Assembly (NCBI RefSeq): GCF_964355755.1
Contig: NC_092675.1
Coordinates: 19,254,912 to 19,318,911 of the forward strand
Reading direction: 5' to 3'
From: Antedon mediterranea
Lineage: Eukaryota > Animalia > Echinodermata
Length of the DNA stretch: 64,000 nucleotides
The translations under genes were made by a program, and so were the position numbers. The notes under the pieces are model-generated. The model was not told where the DNA came from and ran no database searches. It was given only the letters and a program-made list of their open reading frames with translations. This document shows positions 1 through 13,126 of the stretch, piece by piece. The number at the start of each line of letters is the position of its first letter. The first letter of the stretch is position 1.

Positions 1-698
1 TTAATGCAAAACAAACTATTTATATTACTTTCCCATAGATCTTTCATCTTTTAGAAATAGGTACTTCATCTTAAATGATGCATTATCAATCTACCTGATG
101 GAAAAAAAACTCATTTCAAAACAATTTCTGTAAGGAATTATCTAAGAAAATGTTTTTTTCATAAGAATGCTGAAGGGCAGGTAAATCACCCAGATGGTAA
201 TTGCAATGATGTTCCTTACAGCAATTCTGCTTACAAAAGTTATAATTTTAATGTTTTTGTTGTTATACTTCCTCTGTGTAATAGTTTAGTTTGAAAGTCA
301 CAAGTTTAACAAACGGCACTCAGGGTATATAAAATCCATAATATTATCTGGTAATTCAATAGTTATAAAAGTATATTTCTCTGCTAATAAATTTACGAAC
401 TAGATTGTCAAAATGTTATGACTTGCATTTAAATCTCTAGTGAAAATACCTATGAATAATCCATATTTATTTATCATATTTTGGTCTATGTGGAATTTGA
501 AGTTGGATATGTACCTCAATTAATTCAAAATACCTTATAAATCAAAATAATATATTAAGGCTCAATGTTACCCTTACAACAATTCTCTCAATCCTAATTG
601 TAGGCCCTATACTATTTTTTATCAAATGAACAAATGTACCAACATTAAGTCCCTTTGAAGGATGAGATAATTGGAACATTGCCCTGAACATGCCTGAA

Positions 699-987
699 AC
701 TCATTGCTATTTTAATAAATAAATTTACCATTAAATCTCAAATATTTAATTTAAGGGATTAAGCAAGCTACCTAATCTGCTTCCTTTGATAGACTAACCA
801 TTAAGTTTGATTATGATATAAAATATTCCTGAAAATAAATAGACACTCATTGCTATTTTAATAAATAAATTTACCATTAAATCTCAAATTTTTAATTTAA
901 GGAATTAAGCAAGCTACCTAATCTGCTTCCTTGGATAGACTAACCATTAAGTTTGATTATGATATAAAATATTCCTGAAAATAGACA
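699..987. repeat. Near-identical tandem duplication, ~146-bp period
   Basis: actcattgctattttaataaataaatttacc...cctgaaaata starts at 699 and again at 845, with few substitutions. Confidence 0.9.
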
Positions 988-1617
988 GGAGTTGAAAAAC
1001 CTCATCAGAATTCAAATTATCCTGAAATTACAATTTGGGGTTTATAATAAACGTCTTGCTTGAATAGGTTGAACCTTCAGGTGTGTCTAATTATGATCCA
1101 CCATTAAACCAACGGACTTCATTAGATAGACAGGAGAAAAGATGAATGCCATAGATCAATCAGACATTAACCTTATAGTTTATTTATACATCCTATATCT
1201 GGGTTTGGTATAATAATAATAAGAGTAAGGAAGGCATTTCAGACAATATTTTCAATCAACGGGAAAAGACGAATTACCATTATTAATCAAGTCATACACT
1301 GTAATTGTTTGTATGATTTGGTGCTACTAGTTTGCCATAAACTATCAACTATACAGTATCAAGCTTTGCACTATCTTTTAACAAAATCTTGGCAATCTGC
1401 AGAAAAACTAAACACCACATCTTAAAGCTTAGTTCACACAAGGACGCAAAGACGTATGCGTAACAAATGTAATTTGTCTAATCACAAGTGACATTCTACA
1501 GTACATTTGCATGTAAAACAGTTTGATTAGTAAATGGTGCAAAGCAAACCAAAATGTGAAAGCGCTTTCCTTCCACGTCAGAAACAGATGAAAAAAGAAA
1601 ATTAAAATTAAACTTTA

Positions 1618-1796
1618 AGCTTGGTTCCCACTAGAATGTAACGCAAGGACGTAAACGCAACGCAAGCGTTTTAACCAATGACAAGCAAAGTTATAGACAG
1701 TTAGCAATCACAAGCGAATAAGCCATCGCTTGTGATTGGTCAAATCATTTGCGTTGCGTTACGTCCTTGCGTTGTGTCGCTAGTGGGAACCACGCT
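1618..1796. mobile_element. MITE, PIF/Harbinger (Tourist)-like
   Basis: Long imperfect inverted repeats AGCTTGGTTCCCACTAG...CTAGTGGGAACCACGCT, flanked by TTA on both sides (1615-1617, 1797-1799). An older, diverged relative probably lies at ~1426-1566. Confidence 0.85.
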
Positions 1797-2679
1797 TTAT
1801 TAAATATTTAGCTAATTTAATGCTTATAAAATCCAGATCACTAGTAATCATGGCATAAACTGAAAACATGTTTAAAATAAAATAAGCATCTGCTTTAAAC
1901 TTTAGATATCCTATTATAATACTTTAATTTATTTAACCTTTTTGGTAAAATATATATTGACAGGATACTATACAAATGTAAGGTTCTAAGTTCACACTCT
2001 AGTCATAATTTACACACATATCTTGTTTAGAAGCCAGATTATATAAATTATCTTACCATTTAATGGTACAAGAAAAAAATGTCCAATAGATCAAAATAGA
2101 GGAAAATGTAACCTAAAAGTGTTCACAATTAACCACAGCCATAACTTACATATTTCTCATAAAATATAGAGAAGATATTTTATATTTTTCCAGATCATAT
2201 TTTGGTATTGAATAACTGTCTTAAGGGAGTTTCAAGACTTGTAATAGACAAGGATGGCAATTTAGATGATAAGGAATGCATTTAACCAGATTTTTAAATT
2301 ACATTTTGGTAATGTGGGTGTTATTTAAAATTTAGAGGCTTATTTATAAGAAATGACAATATGTTTCATGTCTAGCAACCTGTACAATACCTGACCTTCT
2401 TTTAATGTCAGTTAAATTAAACATGTTTCTGAAGTTGCCAAGAAAGTTGAAACTGAGAAGGACAAAGCAAACAAGTTATAAATTCAGAAACCACAAAAAA
2501 AAAGCTTTTGTTTTTAGGTTTAGATATTTACAATAAGAATTATTAAAGATGTCTGTTAAATTAGTTTATTTATGTTCTTCCTAAAAGAAAATAGAAATAA
2601 GGACATTCCTTCTTAGAATGAGCCAAACCAAATTTTCCTACATTTTATAAATATTTCTGTTCTGATATTGTTCATAACA

Positions 2680-2756
2680 CTATCTATCTATCTATCTACC
2701 TATCCTTCGGCTGCGGAGCAGGCGATTACAAGACTTTTCCAAGCACTTCGATCTTT
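2680..2756 (-). mobile_element. 3' end of a 5'-truncated RTE-clade LINE with (GATA)n tail
   Basis: Minus strand reads DRSAWKSLVIACSAAEG*, resembling the RTE C-terminal DR..W..LV motif, followed directly by a gata microsatellite tail. Confidence 0.7.
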
Positions 2757-3131
2757 CAATTACAAAAAATATTAAAAAGAAACAAAGAAAATCACAACAA
2801 TTATATGATCCAATCAAATATTCCATAGTGCAGATATCTAAAAGAACACACATGACAATCAAGTACAGTATTGTTATTTTGTTTTTATTGTTTTCCTGAA
2901 TACTTTAGGAAAGACGACAGGAGACAAATTTCTCTTTCAATGGAGACAAGTATTATTTGAAAAACACAAAAGGAAATAATATTCAGACTTTATAACACCA
3001 CAATTACAATGAAACACTAGAAAAATAAAAAATTAGTCACTTTGTTAAAAAATAGCCAATGAAAGCCAATCTATTTCATTAGATTGTTTATTTTGGAAAA
3101 TTTAGAAAGATTTATAAACAGAAATATTTAC

Positions 3132-3407
3132 CATAAACAGTAACACTTGCAGTTTCACTGGTCCTCTTAGCCGCCACATTCTTGGCCACGCATGTGTAGT
3201 TACCAGTGTTTTCTGGTGCAGCATGATTAATGATAAGGCCATCTGATCGGAGTATGTAGTGGACACCACTGACAATAACTTCTCCATCCTTTTCCCAATA
3301 AACCTCTGGCGTTGGGACACCATCTGGTGGCGTACAAAAAAGCTGTCCATGATCCTCCACTCGCAAAATTTTATCGTCGGGCTCAGCCACGAATGGCCGA
3401 CGTAAAT
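3132..3407 (-). CDS. unc5: UNC5-like netrin receptor, coding exon (Ig2 domain)
   Basis: Acceptor attttag|AT and donor TATG|gtaaat; 276 bp, phase 1-1. Reads YLRRPFVAEP...LFCTPPDGVPTPEVYWEKDG...NYTCVAKNVAAKRTSETASVTVY, the UNC5 Ig2 pattern (YLRK.F..EP, C.PPEG.P..EV.W, NYTCVAKN....R.S..A.V.VY). Confidence 0.94.
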
Positions 3408-5237
3408 CTAAAATATTATAGAAAAATGATTATTTTACAACACATAACAACTATTAAATTAAAAGATTGATAAAACTTAAAACTGTACTTTTTTTAAACA
3501 TAACTCTTCCAGTAAGATCACACATGTTTGATGTACTATATATTTCTCCACATAACCAGTAGAATGGTGATGGTGTTTCTTTGAGCTGCTCAAAACACTT
3601 TCAGCAATTCCCTTCCTTGACATTACACTTTTTTGTCACACAGAGATCAAACGAGATTAGCTGATGGACTATTATAAAATTAACATAAATAACAACAATA
3701 CAGTACTATAAAAAAAAAAAAAATTATGAAATAAGTTTTGACAGAAAAGAAAAAATATTGGAATGTAAGAGATTAATGACTAAACTTGAAAAAGGTAAAT
3801 TATCAAAATTGTGTAATAACTCGTAAGCTTACAGTTCCATTTGCTTAATTTCATTAGGGTCCAAGTTCAAAATCAAACATCAATGAATCATGTAATACGT
3901 TAAAGAATGCAATAAATAACAACTACAAGATTTTTAATTTGGATGGTTTGTCATGATATGGATAAATGACCATGCCTAAATTAAAAGATATTGAAAACCA
4001 TATTGAATCTGTCAAGATGTTTACTAGATTATTTATTTATGATTGGAATACTTAGATTGTATGAGAACATTTGTAAATATGGGTTTGTACCCTAAGAACA
4101 ACATAAATGATCTAGAGATTTGGCATCGTGTATTTTGCCGAAGACTTAATTTGATTTAGCATAATAGCTGTTATAGAATATATCGAATTGTTACCACCAT
4201 CCTAATTTTGAGAGGGGAAGGGATGGAAGAAATGTAATGTTCCTATACACAGTTTTAATTCAGAAATATTTTAAAATAAAAATATCTTTATGCTATGCTT
4301 AGTACTACATTTCTTGTTATTTTAACTCAAAAAAGTTTGGTGGAATCATTCATGATTTATCTTACAATTAAGAAATTCAAAATAATTTTTGATTTAAAAA
4401 ATGTTTTTAAATACAAATGGTGATTTATATGTTTTGCTAAATTATATAGCAAGTATACACAATTTTAGCAACATTATGTAAAATATTTTATATTTATTAC
4501 AGTTTTTCTTATTTGATAGGTTTAGTTTAGAATTCAGTAAAGACACCTGATAACACTAGGATATGATATACATACAGTATTGATCATTCAGTATATGTGA
4601 CATAATAAAACAGACATGAAGTGGGTAAATGTCACCATTAAGGTCTCAAGTTTTGTAAAAATCCTATAGAGCGACTCAGCGTAGTTGACATGTTGTTCGT
4701 TAAATGAACGATAATCAAACATAAAATCTAGGAAATTTCTTTGAGCAATGTTTAAACTGCTAATTCAACAAGCATTCGTTTATTTATATCATAGTGTATC
4801 CCTTTCATTAAAAATATTATACTTTATATCCTTTATAGACATTGTTTATCAGCAAAAAGTGGTGTAATTGTTAATCGATGTGTTTTAATTTTAGGTCTCT
4901 GTCGAGACATTCTGTACCAACCAAAAAATAGTGTAATAAAGAAAATAAATCAACTTAAATATTGAAAATATTTAATCGAAGTGATAAAAAAAATCATAGG
5001 CATAATTTGAAAGAAGATTCAACTTTAATCGATGTTTAAAGTGTACATTAGAAATATATGGTATGTTTATAGAATATTGAAATCCACAAGCATTTTTATA
5101 GGATATGTAAGCCTGGTTTGGTAATGTCTGCATACATGTCAATAGGCAGTTGATTCTCTGTACTGTATTTAAATATATTATCTAAAAAATCTCAGCCGAG
5201 TGTTATGAAAATATGTATTCATTAAGACTGTACTTAC

Positions 5238-5351
5238 AAGCAACTTGTATAAATGCTTTTCTGCTTTCAACTTCAATATTTCCAGTACCTAGTGCTACAC
5301 ATTGGCACCAATAATCTTGAAATTGTGCTTCCACAACAGCTTTTTCTATAT
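5238..5351 (-). CDS. unc5: UNC5-like netrin receptor, coding exon (C-terminal part of Ig1); absent from the ORF track
   Basis: Acceptor ttctttcag|AT and donor GCTT|gtaagt; 114 bp, phase 1-1. Reads DIEKAVVEAQFQDYWCQCVALGTGNIEVESRKAFIQVA, matching the UNC5 YWCQCVA...KS.KA.I.IAY motif, and joins in frame to both neighbouring exons. Confidence 0.93.
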
Positions 5352-6366
5352 CTGAAAGAAACAATAAAGTTTAAAACTCTTTGATGGCTAACTTTAATTT
5401 ATCAAATTCATACAAACTGCCAAAAATGTAAAGAAAAGACTTTGTGACAAAATTATGTTTTCTGTGGATGGAATTGCTTCTAGAGAATTTTAGAGAGAGG
5501 CCAAGGAATCAAATTGGCACCAGACATATCCAAAATAAGCTATTATTTATCTCTTTATAGGAGAGAATCGGTAATGTGTATGTTAACACTTCCGACTAAA
5601 TGGAGCATTAGAGGTGCTATGAAAAGGTCAAGCTATAAAAGTTTCAATATTAATCTTTACTGATTTTGATAACACACAAACAAACTGACATTCTTCTTTT
5701 AACACATTGGATAAAATTGGAACATTAAAGAGAATCTTGCAAGATGCTTAGGAATGAATTTCAAACAATTAGCTGAATTTTCTGACATTTATAGGCTGCT
5801 AAGAGCAGGAAATATCTGCACACAGCTACACGTGTTAAGATTAATGGTCTCAAATGTTCTTCTGGCCGATCAAGAAGAGCATGTGTAAAATATGTGTTAA
5901 GAATATTTAATCACAACTTATCTAAAATTATAGAGGGCGTGATAAGATCAAATGGCTGGATTTGTAATTTCATTTGCATTGCTATGTCAGTGTGCCATGA
6001 GCATATCTTTCTGGTGAAAAATAAGTTTATATTAATATTATTATTAGGGAGGGAGGGAGATGTGGTGGAGATGTTGTAAAGATGTTAGTCTTCCTCAATT
6101 AAGATTCTATTTATCATTAAAGTAAATAGATCTCATGTTAAAATAATTGTCACTGACACTGACATATTAAGCAATTAATACTACTAGTATTTAATATTTA
6201 ACAGCGACCACATCAACGTAAATAACCAACATAGCGAGTGTTGATAAAGACGGAAGTTTCCCATTTTTAAAGGTCAACTTATTTTTCCTGATTGATCAGT
6301 AACTTTATCCTTATTATCGTATATACATTTTACCAAATAAATATTAACGCCAAGAGTGTATTATAA

Positions 6367-6519
6367 AGCTCTGTCTACACTACAAACTAGTTTGACAAAA
6401 AAAAAGTGTGATGTGCTCAAATATGGTGGTGATATGCCCAAGTATGGTAGTGATAATCATGTCCATATGGACACATTACATTTTTTTGTCACATAAAGTT
6501 TGATAGTGTAGACAGAGCT
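6367..6519. mobile_element. MITE, PIF/Harbinger-like
   Basis: Perfect 16-bp TIR AGCTCTGTCTACACTA / TAGTGTAGACAGAGCT, flanked by TAA and TTA (TWA-type target). Confidence 0.85.
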
Positions 6520-6555
6520 TTAGGGAGAAGTGATTTTAAAGAATCATGGATTAAT

Positions 6556-6726
6556 AAGGTTTATTGCAAATTGCGTGAGCAATGCATAATAGGAAGGGTT
6601 TTGGAGCAATAGCGCCACCACCAGAATAATTTGTATTATATGGTGGCGCTATTGTTCCCAAAACCTTCCCATCATGCATTGTGCAATGACGTTTCTTGCA
6701 AAATCAAGGTATTTGCGATAAACCTT
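6556..6726. mobile_element. Hairpin (foldback) MITE, superfamily uncertain
   Basis: Terminal IR AAGGTTTATTGCAAAT / ATTTGCGATAAACCTT plus an inner ~40-bp IR (caatgcataataggaagggttttggagcaatagcgccacca / tggtggcgctattgttcccaaaaccttcccatcatgcattg). Confidence 0.8.
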
Positions 6727-7679
6727 GTAAGATATTTTTGTATAAAATACTCTAAAAATGTTGAATTAATATAGGTTAAAGATTTTGAATAAAGATTGGG
6801 TTCACTTAAACACCTTAAAGTGATCACATCCACATTAGCCAGTAGGGTTAGATTACCCTTATTTGTATTTATAACAGAAAGCCTTAGTAATAAAACGATT
6901 TAGATTTTAAGACTTCCGTAAGCATTTTCTAAAGCATGTCCGATAAGAATCCGAAATAATAATATAGAAAAATCCGTAGAATTTATGACTACTTTGTAGT
7001 AGGTAAAACTACTGGGTATCATGTTTAAAAGCTTTGAAATCATGATTTGACTAGATAATATAGCAAAGGAAGTCTGTATAAAATAGTTACTAAACTAATG
7101 AAAAGTTATTGACTTTTAACTCAAAAAGGTTTTATTATTTATGTAGATTTGTTGGTATTTGTCAATTTTTAACTGAACATGTAGTAATCAATACAATTAT
7201 AATAAAACCCATAAATAAAAGTCATGAAACAAATATACTTTTCCATTAAATCAACAAGTACATATGTTTAGAAAATATAGTAGAAATAGAAAATCTGGGA
7301 AAAAAGATTTAAATCAATCACTTTTATAGATCAGATTTATACAATCTAATCAGAATTGTTTATTCATTAATCTTTAATCAACCAATCTCAGAGAAAACAA
7401 AAAGTAACACAAGTTTTCTATTCTTCTCGTGTTTTAAAAATACAATTTTAGTTGGACACATGCCAGAATTCAAGAGTTTGAACTTTACGTCACATTTATA
7501 ACAGAAAGTAATTTACTAATTGCAGGTTGTGTATGTGATTAAATCAAGATGAAAGGCTTAAGGGCTATATGTATGCAAAATAAAGCTTTGAAGTATGTTC
7601 AATTTTGAGCAAAATACAAAGAGATTATTTACAAATCATGATATAGGACTGTGTTTATATTAATTGAAAATGATAATAT

Positions 7680-7840
7680 TCAAGATGATAGTAAAGATGA
7701 TGTAACGATAATGATGATAAAGGTGATGATAATGATGATTCTGATTATTCAAGTAAATATGTTAATAGTTGATAATGATGGTAATAAATGATAGTGAGAA
7801 ATGATGATATTAAAATGTAAAGGCTGATAATGATAATGAT
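7680..7840. repeat. Degenerate (GAT/AAT)n trinucleotide microsatellite
   Basis: gatgatagtaaagatgatg...gataatgatgat tract, which explains the spurious His/Ile-rich tail of ORF 7749..8315. Confidence 0.75.
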
Positions 7841-7966
7841 CCAAGTTCTGATGAGGAAAATGAACACAAATATTTACAATGGGACATTTAAACAAATCCA
7901 TCACCATAATTACTATAAGCAAGCTAACAATCATAAATAAGAAGTAAATAATCTTGTTATCCTTAC

Positions 7967-8185
7967 CAAGGCCTACATGTTGAATTTGTTCGGACGACTC
8001 ATCAAATGTTGTCATAGTGTGTATATCATTACGCGACACAAAAACACCATTACATTTTATTAATATTTCGTGTGTAGGAGTAGCTTTACATTCAATTCTT
8101 CCTGGCTTGTTCTTTACTATAAAAACATCTTGGGGTTGCTGCGTAAAAACTGGTTTCGGGGGCGTGGCTACTACTGTTGGTGTTA
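7967..8185 (-). CDS. unc5: UNC5-like netrin receptor, coding exon (N-terminal part of Ig1)
   Basis: Acceptor tttttcag|TA and donor CTTG|gtaagg; 219 bp, phase 1-1. Translates to VTPTVVATPPKPVFTQQPQDVFIVKNKPGRIECKATPTHEILIKCNG..., matching the UNC5 Ig1 signature (F..EP.D.YIVKNKP..L.CKA.P..QI..KCNG). Confidence 0.93.
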
Positions 8186-11100
8186 CTGAAAAATAGAAAA
8201 ATTGAATATTTTTATTAAATGAAATTACTATAAAAATACAATTATTAGCTTTTACACATGTATCAAATGGAAGGTTAACATGGTGCACTATCAATTCGAG
8301 TACCAGAAAAAACAAGAAATCTGTAATAACAGCCTGTCCTCCTTGTCTCTGACCATTTCAACAGTTGGTATTCTAACCAATCACCATTTTGAAAACTGTA
8401 TGTTTTCATAGGCAACTTGATGGCTCTACATCTTTCAGCATTTGACTTGGTCAAGCTTGCATTGCTTTGAATAAGGAATTATGTTTATGATTTGCTTAAA
8501 ACATTGTTTTAATAGTAAGGGTTAGGTTTAATGGAGTGATATCCTAACAAAAGGCTTCAGTATTTTAAAGTTCAAGGATACAACCTTAACAATGTTTGGT
8601 AAAAATGAATGCCATCTTCTCTGTACATTTCGTTATGTTTGGTATATAAAGTCAGGGACAGGTTATACTGTTAACTTTGATCAGGTAAACATATAAAATG
8701 ATACTGATAATGATTAGGTATATTCTATAGTTTTTCTAAACAATTAAGTTAAGTCTAATTGTATTTTATAGTGCTTATATTTAACATATTTATGTGTAAT
8801 TTTGGGCAAAAGAAGAAAGCTTACAGAATATTGTATTTTTTTGTAAACTTCAATATTAATCTCGTAGAGTACCATTTCATTTACTTGATTCTATGTAGAA
8901 CTTTTATGTAGTGTAATTATTATTCTAAACTTTATTGAATGTAAATTTACAATAAATTACTGGAAAAATAAAATATTTGTTATAGACACACACACACACA
9001 CATCGTAAAACAGCTGAAATCAACACTATCAAATTGAATGATTAAGGAGACATCTAGTATCGCTGAAAGCCTTTGCCGATGGGCCTAGGCATCCAAGCCT
9101 ATATTCGCCGAAGGGCCTAGGTATCAGAGTCATGATGTCATGTTAGGCTGCATTCTAAAACCAATATAGAGAACATTAATTTCGTTCAACCTTTTACTTT
9201 TAACGAAGACAAATATGGCAGCTATTATTTATGAATACTGTAGATCATAAATTATATGCCTTTTAATTATTATTTATTAAAAGTTATGATTTAATAAATT
9301 TTCATTATACTTCAATTTTAATACCGACAAATTGATTATTTATGATAAATAAGATGTTTGTGACTATGCTGTAATTGAGTCAAATTAATTTTCTATCATA
9401 CCTGAATTATGATGTAGCTATCCTGTAGTCCGGAAGAAATATTTAAAATTACAATATGAATATCGTCATAACAACACAGTGCCTAAAGCACCTGTAAAGC
9501 ATAATAATTAATAATATATATAAATTTAGAAGATTGAAAACAATTTTTATTGAATTAAAAAGTAGGGTTTTAATCAGAATATCTTGTAAGTAATTAAATC
9601 ATTTTTTTAAATTTCTAATAATATAAATTTTGATGTAATTTTGCAATACATGTAAGGCTGAATAAAAGATCCAAATTGGTGTAAATAGATGTTAAACTCC
9701 AGTGGCATTCACCTTAGGATTATGTAGGGCTTTGTGAATTGGTTGTAAATTGGATTAAAGAGATTTAAACAAATCCCTAAACTAATACAAGTTGAGTAAT
9801 AACCTTTATATTGATCATCACTTTATAAAATTATCAAAATAGATATCAATTGGTAATTGTTTATTATAATCAAATTCAATATTACTATTAAGACAATATG
9901 AATGGATAAAGAATACATTTATATAGCTTCCCTATTTATAGCATGAAAGAATACTATGCATTTTCTATTTATGATCACAATAAAACTTTGTATCATAATA
10001 ATGGCTGGACGAAATAAAAACCAGTAGGAGAGAACAATCTCCCACAACCATAACAGCATCCATGGTAAATATCTGTAATATACTGTAGTCCTAATCATAA
10101 TAATACTGAATATACTTGATACTTTTCAATTTATACCTTACAATGTATTAATCAATATTTAGGGACTTAAACCTACTTTAAACAATCCCATATAAAAACA
10201 CCATCAACGCTTGAGGCAACATTATATTGATTACAGTATACACGGGTACATACCCTGTAGCTATTTTCATGTTTTGAATTTTACTGTACATTTTAAAAGG
10301 TAATGAAAATAGAAATTAGCTTTGATGTTCACCGACTTATTGCATTTTGCAGGTAAGATTAATCAACAATATTAATATCGAAACTATGAATAAGGATTAA
10401 AAACAAAAACAAAATTAATAAAAATCTATTTTGAATGTATTAATTCTCCAGAAAACACATAATTAACCCAAAAATTTACACTACGATATCAAGTAACTAC
10501 CAGTAGATTTTGAAACAGAATGAGCACTTTGAAACAAATCAACCGTAGTATATTATACTTATTATTAAGAATTTATTTAATATATTTTGCGGATTATATA
10601 TAAAGCGTACTTCAATAGATAGTTTATAAATGATGGATAGATTTGTGGCGAGTAATAGATTATTTACTGGCTTGTATAATGTAGTTAATATTCTTTCAGC
10701 TCAAAGTTACTTTGTCCATCTAATACATCAAAATAAGCTCACCACTTGTCAAGCAAATTTGTCATCTCGTTCTAATCAGTTTCGAGTCTCTTCTTTCCGT
10801 TTCCGTTACTAAAAATCATTCTCAAAAATGGTTTGTCCAATTATGCAGATTTTGTACGTCTTTATTTCCAAACAAAAGGACTTAATTTCTAAAAATAGTT
10901 TATCCAATTAGTGATACTATGATGGTAAGTAAGTAAAAGGTCTTTCATGTATATGATGTTTGTTAAATGTTAAGATTCCAATTAACAGAATGATAAAAGT
11001 GATAAACAACAGTGCTTACAATTTGTCTAGGGAGTCACCAAAGGATACAGTTGTAATACAGATTATTTGTATACATAAAATTGTTCAAGTTGTTGTTTTC

Positions 11101-12221
11101 TCATAAAGGTATCAAAGTACACAGTTTGAGTGGAAGCTTTTACACAATACTTATCATCTACTTACATAAAAGGCCAACCCAATATTTAACTAAATTTTCT
11201 ATTGTTCTAAGTAAGTTTTGGCGCCATGCGCACATTATATGATTACGCACACTGTTATAGATAAAAGGCGATATTCCTCTCTTAAGTATTAGGTCTTTAG
11301 TATAGTCCATAGAGGGCAGTATTTATATGCGATAGACAGTAAAAGAACCAAGCATAAAAATCTTAGATATCAATTATTATCGAGTATATTGTAATGTAAT
11401 CATTTTTTTTTCAACAATTCTTTGACTGTTGACCTATAGTCCTAATAATGATTTAGTCCACAAACAATCGTTGATTTAAGTGGTTTTTTGACGCACAAAA
11501 TGGTTATTTGGCATTTCTGTAGCAGAAACAGGACATATGACATCACAGTAAATTTCATAAAGCAATTGTGAAAGCAATAAATCTGCACAAACTACCAATT
11601 TGTAGCACAAACACAATAAAATGATAAAAAGTAATAAAGAATTTCAAGAAGATAAAGAGATGTTTTTAAATGATTAAAGCGAATTGTATCATTATATTTT
11701 TTCTCGTAATCGTATGGTCAATGCGCTATGACTCAGTATGAGTAACACTTTTAAAGTTCTTTCTCCGTTGGGAATTGTTCCAAGTTCGATGAAATGGCAT
11801 CCACTGATGAAACGATATCCCATGATCAGTGAAGCATGGTTCTTGAAACTCAACGTGGAAGAGGCTACAATGGCTTTTAGAAGATAACATTACTACACCC
11901 TTGAGAACATTCAGCGACTTTGGTTCGAATCTATGGATAAGTTTCCATTGAAGGGACTTAGTCAGGTTTCAAGGTGGTGTTAATAGCTCACAAGATGACA
12001 AATGCATTTTCTAGCATTACATATTCTTCAGATGTGTTTACATTAATAATTGTTGGAATAGCACACTTAATTGAAGATAGAATCTGTTGGCCTAATCTTT
12101 TGCCAATCCTTGCGCAACCAAGCAATTTGTTGTGTGTTTGTAGTTTCGTTTGCAAAAATTTATAAAAAATGAATGATGAATATTATTAAAAATTTGATAA
12201 ACAGTTCTTAAACTATAGAAA

Positions 12222-12520
12222 GGGCGTGTGGCACAGTGTGTTGGACATTAGACTATTGATTGTGAGATTGTGAATTTGAATCCAACGCTCGTTGCATTGC
12301 TTGTACTCAGACTGCTTGTACTCTTTACTTACTTTGCCTCTCTCCATCCAGGGGTACATACTGTATGGGTACCTAATCAAAACTGATTACTGGCTGCAAC
12401 ATTATGGAAGTACATTTCCAGACTTATTTGATCAAAAAATGACTGGGGTAATAATGTGAAGAGCAGAGGCTTTGTGCATTAAGAACTATAGTATAAGATC
12501 AACATATTATTATTATTACT
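12222..12520 (+). mobile_element. Degenerate tRNA-derived SINE (CORE-like body, L2-like tail)
   Basis: Head with A-box-like TGGCACAGTG and B-box-like ATTTGAATCC, body ttgcctctctccatccaggggta...atgggtacc, and tail tgtgaagagc...tata followed by (tat)n. Confidence 0.7.
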
Positions 12521-13126
12521 AATTCTTCTATGACTTAAATATACCCCTTTAAGTACTGTATATACACACATGTATTTAATTGTAGTTTTACCTACACTGA
12601 TGAAAACAATATTGCTTAACCTTGCCTTATTATCAATATTTATGAGTTCACTCTTTAGATAAAACTACAAAATTGAAATGAAATTGAAGTTCAAAATCCA
12701 GCCAAGTCAAGGTTAGTACGGCAAGCCAATCCTGACAAAGATTGTTTTTTCTGATCAACAAATTGTAGACACATTTCACAGATGATGAAAAACTCAGCAC
12801 CACAAAGGCAAATACTGTGAAACAATCATCTGATTTATGATCCACAGTTCAATTACCTTTCAAAAATAAAAGTTCAATGTTTGCCCTTTTCTTATTTCTT
12901 GATCCTTATTGTCAAATTATCTTATATATTAACTTATATTTCATTTTGCCATATTGTGGATTAGAGGTAGGCGGGTTATAACTGAGCTTAGGAAGTATAC
13001 CCCTACCCTGAACATGCATAGTTAAAATGCAATTATGATCACAAAACTTTATTATATAATTATCACATCCAGGATTTACATTTCGGTGTTTTTTTCATCA
13101 TTTATAATTGCATGTTGTTCTCTTAA

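Noticed and set aside
2057-2112. AG...GT-bounded 56-bp candidate next unc5 exon
   Set aside because: In-frame stop in the required phase and no TSP1 (NGGWS.W) motif; the true next exon is probably outside the window.
10743-10808. Candidate minus-strand exon (tttttag|...|gtgagc)
   Set aside because: Stops in all three reading phases.
11305-11322. CTCF-like site tccatagagggcagta
   Set aside because: Core matches but the 5' half is poor; a single motif is not enough without binding data.
12222-12295. tRNA gene
   Set aside because: Degenerate boxes, no cloverleaf, and it continues into a SINE body.
12648-12845. Hydrophobic ORF (CFTVFAFVVLSFSSSVKC) as unc5 signal-peptide exon
   Set aside because: No in-frame ATG, weak acceptor and no suitable phase-1 donor.
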